A stretch of DNA of 64,000 nucleotides from an uncultured Gammaproteobacteria bacterium (GTDB taxonomy: Bacteria > Patescibacteriota > Microgenomatia > Levybacterales > UBA12049). The stretch lies in the NCBI GenBank assembly GCA_964490105.1, contig CAZAZU010000001.1, positions 580,174 through 644,173 of the forward strand, written 5' to 3'. Position 1 is the first letter of the stretch; every line of letters begins with the position of its first letter. A model generated the notes under the pieces. It saw only the letters and a list, made by a program, of their open reading frames with translations. It made no database searches and was not told the origin of the DNA. Of this stretch, positions 59,601-64,000 are shown one piece after another. A program made the position numbers and the translations under genes.

Positions 59601-60027
59601 TAACAAGCTGATTTACGATTGCGCGTTCAATTCCATTGATAATAAATGTTCCGCGTTCTGTCATTCTTGGGATATCTCCTAGGAAAACTTCTTGATCGAT
59701 TTCTGCTTCTGTTTTTTTGTTAGTGAGGGTTGCTTTTACATAAAGAGGTGCGTCGTAGGTGAGTCCTTTAATGAGACAAAGAGTAGGCTCATTAGTTGGC
59801 TTTCCAATTCTATAATCCTTAAGGGTAAGAGTCCAGTTTTTTCCTGTGAAATCATCAATAGGAGATATCTCCTGTAAAACTTCTCCTATTCCAACTTCTT
59901 CAAACCATTTGTATGATTCGTGTTGAACTGTGAGAAGATCTAGCTCAGGGAGAACTGGAAAATTCTTTCCCCAGTCTTCACGAAGCTTAAAATTTGTCTT
60001 ATTGTCTTTAGAATCGGATTTAGGCAT
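56596..60027 (-). CDS. rpoB: DNA-directed RNA polymerase subunit beta
   Basis: 1143 aa, conserved beta-subunit blocks throughout. Overlaps the rpoC start by 8 nt. Acidic C-terminal tail. Confidence 0.95.
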   Translation of the reverse strand: MPKSDSKDNKTNFKLREDWGKNFPVLPELDLLTVQHESYKWFEEVGIGEVLQEISPIDDFTGKNWTLTLKDYRIGKPTNEPTLCLIKGLTYDAPLYVKATLTNKKTEAEIDQEVFLGDIPRMTERGTFIINGIERAIVNQLVRSPGVFFTSTQDVVTGQTLYTAEIRPVHGSWLEFTTTRYETITVKIDRRRKFLASTFLRAIGVSDNDLIRSKFKDAEADGKTNFINNTLTKDETDSQNAALIEIFKKMHPGEPVVLDKVKENFFGMFFNNRRYDLGDVGRYKMNKKLKNVPGFNPTEEKILTIDDIIATISFLIALSKGQDGVDDIDSLANRRVRRVGELVASTAFRVGVLRLERSIKERMSLITPEVPVTIAGLINARPIMASINEFFRTSQLSTILDQTNPLSEIDNLNRLTVMGTGGISRERAAFSIRDINSSQYGRICPIRSPEGPNIGLVTYLALYSRVNQYGFLETPYRKVTHTKKGNKTVSTATNEIVYMAADDEREKYITHSDVLNEDQTITNERVPVRYKGEFIEVEKEKIEYIDVVPRQVVGTAASLIPFVSHDEANRALMGTHMQSQAVPLVIPQSPIVGTGMEKMVSQVMGRVARAPEDGEIVYADGDKVVFKGKGKEEITYKIESFQRTSQATAYTQRAMVTTGQKVKKGDLLVDGPSSQGGELALGQNLLIAYASYDGLGYEDAIVISDRLVKEDVLSSIHIEKYEAAVVETKLGPEETTRDIPNVSEEDLANLDEDGVVVLSSEVGPGDILVGKIAPKGETELTAEERLLRAIFGEQAREVRDTSLRMPNGERGTVISIQVLDRKKGDELEPGCLRKIIVEVAQFRHVVVGDKLAGRHGNKGVISKIVPVVDMPYLEDGTPVDIIISPVSVLARMNLGQLLEAHLGWAALVQGKKVGLPVFEKVDENNIIAELKASGLPENGKAKLYDSRTGEAYDGAVVVGVSYIMKLIHMVEDKTHARSTGPYSLVTQQPLGGKAQMGGQRLGEMEVWALESHRARYTLQEMLTIKSDDVVGRAKAFEAIVKGTAIPTPKVPESFKVLIKELQALGLNVVPMGAQIVAEPTMVEPMKEAKADEKIEEEAKEMEKELGGEDVVTEEAGVDEATASGEVEPSAADLEGVTEGEING

Positions 60028-60064
60028 TCAAAAAATATATAAGCGGGCAGCTCCTTAAATCGAC

Positions 60065-60149
60065 AAAAAATGCACACAGGTGCATGAACCTTTCCGGCTT
60101 TTCGTCTTAAAGTAATCTACTTATATCATACGATCCAAGCGTGTGTCAA
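60065..60149 (-). promoter_or_regulatory. rpoB promoter (TTGACA-18 nt-TATAAG) with a leader hairpin plus U6 (attenuator-like) and an AAGGAG SD-like element
   Basis: Minus strand: ttgaca...tataag at 60120-60149; hairpin TGCACCtgtGTGCA then TTTTTT at 60065-60084; then ...ttaaggagctgcccgcttatatattttttgATG. Confidence 0.45.
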
Positions 60150-60177
60150 CAATCAAATTAGAGACCTATATTACTTT

Positions 60178-60528
60178 TTATCTGAGTTCTTTATCACTTA
60201 AACCGAAATGGTGGCCTATTTCGTGAATCACAGTTCTTCTGACGCGGGCTCGTACTTCATCTGGAGTGCGTGAAACCATAAGTATCGGATATTTAAAGAT
60301 GGTAATCTTATCTGGCAGTACGCCTGTGTAATTTCTTCTTTGCGTAAGAGGAATTCCTTCATAAAGACCAAAGAGTAAACTTCGCCTGTTCAATCTAAGT
60401 TTTGCAGCCTGCATAGGACTTGGCCAGTTTTCAAAAGTAACACCTACATTTTCAAGTCTTTTGGCAAATTCAGGAGGCAAACTATCAAGCGCTTCTCCGA
60501 TCAACTTTTCAAACTCCGCATCATCCAT
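60178..60528 (-). CDS. Zincin-like metallopeptidase-fold protein (DUF1025/Zincin_1)
   Basis: 116 aa with the C-terminal HEIGHHFGLSD (HExxH) motif. Confidence 0.55.
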   Translation of the reverse strand: MDDAEFEKLIGEALDSLPPEFAKRLENVGVTFENWPSPMQAAKLRLNRRSLLFGLYEGIPLTQRRNYTGVLPDKITIFKYPILMVSRTPDEVRARVRRTVIHEIGHHFGLSDKELR

Positions 60529-60638
60529 CCCGTTAGAAGCAGATCGCGATCATCTGCTTATCCTTTCAACTATTTCAAATCCTTAAAAGCGATCGCGGCT
60601 TCTAACGGGATCCATGGACTTAGGATTATACATGAGAA

Positions 60639-60666
60639 TTGACAAATTTTTTTAATCTGATATTCT
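60639..60666 (+). promoter_or_regulatory. Candidate metK promoter TTGACA-16 nt-TATTCT
   Basis: ttgaca aatttttttaatctga tattct. The predicted TSS falls at the start of the riboswitch-like leader. Confidence 0.35.
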
Positions 60667-60673
60667 TTAATCT

Positions 60674-60762
60674 GCATTAAGAGAGTCCGATCAATATCGG
60701 ACCGGCAACCGAGCCCTTCGACCAGCTCAGGGACGCGGTGCCATTCCAAAAAGGAAATGCGG
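60674..60762 (+). promoter_or_regulatory. SAM-riboswitch-like leader (SAM-I core features, apparently P4-less SAM-I/IV-type) upstream of metK
   Basis: GCATT...AATGC (P1). AAGAGAG. Hairpin TCCGATcaatATCGGA (P2). GGCAACC. A GC-rich P3. GGTGCCATTCC. Then TTCC-AAAAA-GGAA, which could sequester the AAGGA SD of the metK ATG at 60766. Confidence 0.5.
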
Positions 60763-60765
60763 CTT

Positions 60766-61863
60766 ATGAGCAAAAATATTTTTACTTCTGAATCTGTTAG
60801 CAATGGCCACCCGGATAAAATCTGTGATTCTATTTCTGACTCCATTTTAGATGCTGTTCTTGCAAAAGATAAATTTGGAAAAGTCGCAGTTGAATGTCTC
60901 GCAGCAAACAACAAACTTATTATAGCTGGCGAAGTGACAACTAATGCCAAAATAGACTTTGAAAAAATCGCTAGAAAAAGAATAAAAGATTTAGGCTATA
61001 CAAATCCTGATTTTAATTTCTCAGACAAATCAGATATCGAAGTTTACGTTCATGAACAGTCTCCCGAAATAGCCCGTGGAGTCAAGAAAAAAGGAGCAGG
61101 AGATCAGGGAATGATGTTTGGATATGCGTGTAGGGAAACCAAAACTCTAATGCCTTTACCTATTTCTATGGCTCACAGACTCGCTGAAGAACTGGACAAA
61201 AGTAAACAAAAACTCAAATATTTAAAACCTGACGGAAAAACTCAAGTAACCATAGAATACAAGAATGGTGTTCCTTACGAAGTCAAACAAGTTGTTATAG
61301 CAGTTCCTCATGATGAAAAAATAAAACTTGAACAAGTAAGAGAGGATGTTTTCAAATACATAGTCAAACCAGTTTTAGACGGTTTTGGGTTTAAATTTTC
61401 AATAAAAGATTTGATTCTAAACGGCACAGGAGTTTGGCATATGCCTGGACCCTCTTCAGATGCCGGACTCACAGGACGAAAAATAATAGTTGATACCTAT
61501 GGAGGATACGCGAGAGTTGGTGGAGGAGCTTTTTCTGGAAAAGATCCCACAAAAGTAGATAGATCCGGCGCATATGCCGCTAGATTTTTAGCAAAAAATA
61601 TTGTGGCTGCAAAACTCGCAGACAGAGCGGAAGTCAGACTTGCCTATTTTATTGGAGCTAAAAAACCTGTTATGCAGGAAGTGGAAACATTCGGGACTGA
61701 GAAAACATCGGATAAAGTCATTAAAGATTTTATGAGAAAAATTCTTAATACATCAGTCGAGGGAATTATTGATGGCTTGGATCTTAGACAACCAATTTAT
61801 TTAAAAACATCTTCTTACGGTCACTTCGGCCGCCCGGAATTTCCTTGGGAAAGGCTAGTCTAA
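60766..61863 (+). CDS. metK: S-adenosylmethionine synthetase
   Basis: MSKNIFTSESVSNGHPDKICDSISD...GAGDQGMMFGYA...GGGAFSGKDPTKVDRS. Start taken at the second ATG, which has AAGGA about 11 nt upstream; the track ORF starts at 60757. Confidence 0.9.
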   Translation: MSKNIFTSESVSNGHPDKICDSISDSILDAVLAKDKFGKVAVECLAANNKLIIAGEVTTNAKIDFEKIARKRIKDLGYTNPDFNFSDKSDIEVYVHEQSPEIARGVKKKGAGDQGMMFGYACRETKTLMPLPISMAHRLAEELDKSKQKLKYLKPDGKTQVTIEYKNGVPYEVKQVVIAVPHDEKIKLEQVREDVFKYIVKPVLDGFGFKFSIKDLILNGTGVWHMPGPSSDAGLTGRKIIVDTYGGYARVGGGAFSGKDPTKVDRSGAYAARFLAKNIVAAKLADRAEVRLAYFIGAKKPVMQEVETFGTEKTSDKVIKDFMRKILNTSVEGIIDGLDLRQPIYLKTSSYGHFGRPEFPWERLV

Positions 61864-61864
61864 A

Positions 61865-62281
61865 TTATTTTCTTGGGGTTATATCTAATTTTTGATGAAC
61901 CTCATGCCCATCTGAATCAACACTCGTTAAGCTTGCTGTAATTCTTTCTCCTTTTACTTGATCAGGAACGCCAAGTAACCTTGCTCCCTCTTGAAATTCT
62001 TCTAGAAGTCTTGTGGCGGAAGCAACTGTAAGCGTTGCGCTAAGATCTATCCTTACCTGCCCAGGCCTCAACGGATCTGGTGTTTCAAAAACTAATCCAC
62101 CTCTGTCTAACTCATCTCCGCCCACACCTGATTCGAACATGGCTACTCTAATCATATCCTTAGCACGTCCAATTTGATCGGGATGCACCTTTGCTTTTGC
62201 GACCAAATCTACTCGTCTTCCTGCATCAGCTTCATGTGCATCTCCCTGAGATTCTCTTTCGCGTCCAAACATACGTGGCAT
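61865..62281 (-). CDS. Hypothetical protein, GC-enriched with atypical composition
   Basis: 138-aa ORF rich in G, R, D and A; no recognisable motif. Confidence 0.35.
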   Translation of the reverse strand: MPRMFGRERESQGDAHEADAGRRVDLVAKAKVHPDQIGRAKDMIRVAMFESGVGGDELDRGGLVFETPDPLRPGQVRIDLSATLTVASATRLLEEFQEGARLLGVPDQVKGERITASLTSVDSDGHEVHQKLDITPRK

Positions 62282-62315
62282 TATACACTCGAAGTCTTAA
62301 TTGTCAAATTACTAT

Positions 62316-62819
62316 TTAAATTTTCCTTGAGTCATATGCCCAGTGGAGAATTGCCTGGCGCTGGCGAGGGCGACAATTTAATTCCCCTTTTGCGCAATTC
62401 TTTTTTACTTGAGAAATATGACGCTTAATAGCTTTCCACCTCTTAATCTGCCTATCATCATCAACAGAACGTCTCCCTATATAATACCGGCAGTACCACT
62501 GAAACCATCCTCTCGGATCTTGAGGTCTTATCCAGCCTTTCTTAATCCAAATTTTTAGCGGCTGAGACGCATTTACCTTAAAAAAATTCAGATTTTTATC
62601 CGGTCCATTTGGATCTAATTTAGCACCTTCAAACCAGTCTTTAGGAAATTCCGGAGTACAATCAGTCATATACCTTCCGCCAAAAACTCCAAGCTTTAGC
62701 ATTTCCTTGGGTGTTAATTCCGGCCGGAACTCAGGATCAAAATTCTTTCCCATGGGTTCGGTCAATAAATAAGAATAATCAGTTTGCATTTTGTCATTAA
62801 CAACTACACGCTTATTCAT
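62316..62819 (-). CDS. Hypothetical protein (Trp/Arg-rich; motif GWFQWYCRYYIGRR)
   Basis: 167-aa ORF with host-like codon usage; family not recognised. Confidence 0.4.
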   Translation of the reverse strand: MNKRVVVNDKMQTDYSYLLTEPMGKNFDPEFRPELTPKEMLKLGVFGGRYMTDCTPEFPKDWFEGAKLDPNGPDKNLNFFKVNASQPLKIWIKKGWIRPQDPRGWFQWYCRYYIGRRSVDDDRQIKRWKAIKRHISQVKKNCAKGELNCRPRQRQAILHWAYDSRKI

Positions 62820-63296
62820 AAAAAAATTATATCAACAAAATAAGTTCTAAAATTTAAGCAAAGTGCCTATTGATTTAGAAAGTTACTAGGAGAATAATAT
62901 GCTAAGTGCCTCACCCAGCAGAAACCATCGCATCTAATCCTGCTCCCGAGTCGCGACCCAAACAGCGGCCTACTGTTAGAACTGTCGAAACATTGCTCTA
63001 CGAAGGAAGAACTCCATTTCTAATGAGAAGCCAAATCACCCTATCGCTATATGATGAAGGAAGTCATGACGCGAAGACTAATGATAGCGGCTTACCGGAA
63101 GACTCAGCGCCAATGGAAAGAGTGTCATTAAACCCCCGCAGGGCAGTTGTCTGCTCTTTCCCTTCAATAGACGGAAACCCGGAGAGAAGATTTAGGTTAA
63201 GCCTTGAAGAAGCTGCGCACATTTCTTCTATCCAGCGCGAGCTTACAAGCTTAAAACAATCATAACCACTTGCTGCATAATGTATAATATATGCCT

Positions 63297-64000
63297 ATGA
63301 AATACACAGTTTTGCTTTTCTATAAATACGTTAATATAAAAGATCCCCAGGCGCTAATGATCCAGCATCGCGCATATTGCGAGGCTTTGGATCTAAAAGG
63401 TCGCATAATTATTGCCGAGGAAGGAATTAATGGGACACTAGAGGGAACCACAGAAAATACTGAAAAATACATAACGCTTACTGAAAACGACAGAAGACTC
63501 AAAGAAATAAACTGGAAAAAAAGCGAAGGAACTGGAAAGTCTTTTAATAAACTGTCAGTTAAAGTCAGGCCTGAAATTGTAACGACTGGAATTCCAAACA
63601 AAGATTTTGGTCCTCTTAAAAAAGTGACAGGCAAACGCTTAACAGCTGACAAACTTAAAGAGTGGTACGAAGAAGGACGTGAATTTTATGTTGTGGATAT
63701 GCGAAATGACTACGAATTCGAAGTGGGTCGTTTTAAAAACTCTATCTGGCCAGAAGGACTCGGACATTTTAGAGATGTGCCGCGTGCAATCAAATCAATA
63801 GAAAAGCTAAAAGACAAGACTGTAGTAACGGTCTGCACTGGCGGAGTCAGATGCGAAACAGCTTCAGGACTTCTCATTAAATATGGATTTAAAGAAGTTT
63901 ATCAATTGGAAAATGGAATTGTAACTTTCATGGAAAAATATCCAAATACATATTTTGAGGGAAAACTTTTAGTCTTCGATCAGCGCGAAATGATAGGCTT
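63297..64000 (+). CDS. trhO: Rhodanese-domain tRNA uridine(34) hydroxylase TrhO/YceA (UPF0176) family; partial, runs off the window end
   Basis: MKYTVLLFYKYVNIKDPQALM...GRIIIAEEGINGTLEGT...KLSVKVRPEIV...VCTGGVRCE. Extended -10 TGTATAAT at 63281-63288, 8 nt before the ATG, suggests a leaderless transcript. Confidence 0.7.
   Translation, partial: MKYTVLLFYKYVNIKDPQALMIQHRAYCEALDLKGRIIIAEEGINGTLEGTTENTEKYITLTENDRRLKEINWKKSEGTGKSFNKLSVKVRPEIVTTGIPNKDFGPLKKVTGKRLTADKLKEWYEEGREFYVVDMRNDYEFEVGRFKNSIWPEGLGHFRDVPRAIKSIEKLKDKTVVTVCTGGVRCETASGLLIKYGFKEVYQLENGIVTFMEKYPNTYFEGKLLVFDQREMIG

Noticed and set aside
60570-60950. 126-aa minus-strand ORF
   Set aside because: Antisense across the metK leader and riboswitch and the metK 5' end. 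The metK call and leader structure explain the region.
62906-63265. 119-aa + strand ORF as a protein-coding gene
   Set aside because: GTG start, no SD or promoter context, and amino-acid composition unlike the host proteome. More likely GC-rich noncoding (structured RNA) sequence; reported as a finding rather than a CDS.
62820-63290. Calling the GC-rich island tmRNA or SRP RNA
   Set aside because: I could not locate a tRNA-like T-arm or acceptor pairing or an ...ALAA-type tag frame, nor a convincing SRP helix-8 fold. Identity left open.
63320-63652. 110-aa minus-strand ORF
   Set aside because: Antisense within the TrhO/YceA-family gene, which is supported by a long conserved alignment-like match.
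1-64000. CRISPR arrays, rRNA genes, transposases or integrases flanking the islands
   Set aside because: No regularly spaced direct repeats and no IS or integrase-like ORFs were seen. The islands are called from broken synteny and composition only.

Overview
This window is AT-rich (I estimate about 35-38% GC by eye) and reads like a reduced-genome bacterium, probably of the CPR/Patescibacteria type. The basis for that guess is a very compact r-protein supercluster with no L30 gene between rpsE and rplO, lysine/alanine-rich or acidic tails on several r-proteins (uL17, uS17, uL4, uL3, uS12), archaeal-type enzymes (pyruvoyl-dependent arginine decarboxylase, an archaeal-type PPAT-like nucleotidyltransferase) and frequent leaderless or SD-less gene starts. 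Most of the minus strand between 19.1 and 60.0 kb is one large str/S10/spc/alpha-type ribosomal supercluster: rpoB-rpoC-rpsL-rpsG ... fusA ... tuf-rpsJ ... rplC-rplD-rplW-rplB-rpsS-rplV-rpsC-rplP-rpmC-rpsQ-rplN-rplX-rplE-rpsZ-rpsH-rplF-rplR-rpsE-rplO-secY-adk-kinase-map-infA-rpmJ-rpsM-rpsK-rpsD-rpoA-rplQ-rplM-rpsI. Unusually, this normally contiguous cluster is broken by three inserted gene islands: rpsG|fusA, fusA|tuf and rpsJ|rplC. Each displaced downstream gene (fusA, tuf, rplC; also rpoB) carries its own near-consensus sigma70-like promoter and a terminator-like hairpin plus U-run in its leader. The islands carry a soluble GAF-histidine kinase / response regulator module with a multi-TM protein, two paralogous secreted Cys-containing proteins, a MazG-like protein coupled to a hypothetical, pdaD plus an EamA transporter, a GT-C (PMT/ArnT-like) glycosyltransferase, a Zn-ribbon membrane protein and several ORFs of atypical, higher-GC composition. 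Outside the cluster I see tdh-kbl, greA, a membrane-anchored solute-binding protein, VanW, tsaD, rmuC, a UvrD-helicase/Cas4-like nuclease fusion, RNase P RNA (rnpB), hup, rny, recX-recA, tRNA-Pro(GGG), uppS with an IDI-like Nudix protein, and a SAM-riboswitch-like leader upstream of metK. A GC-rich, probably noncoding island lies upstream of a partial trhO. I found no CRISPR array, no rRNA and no clear transposase or integrase.
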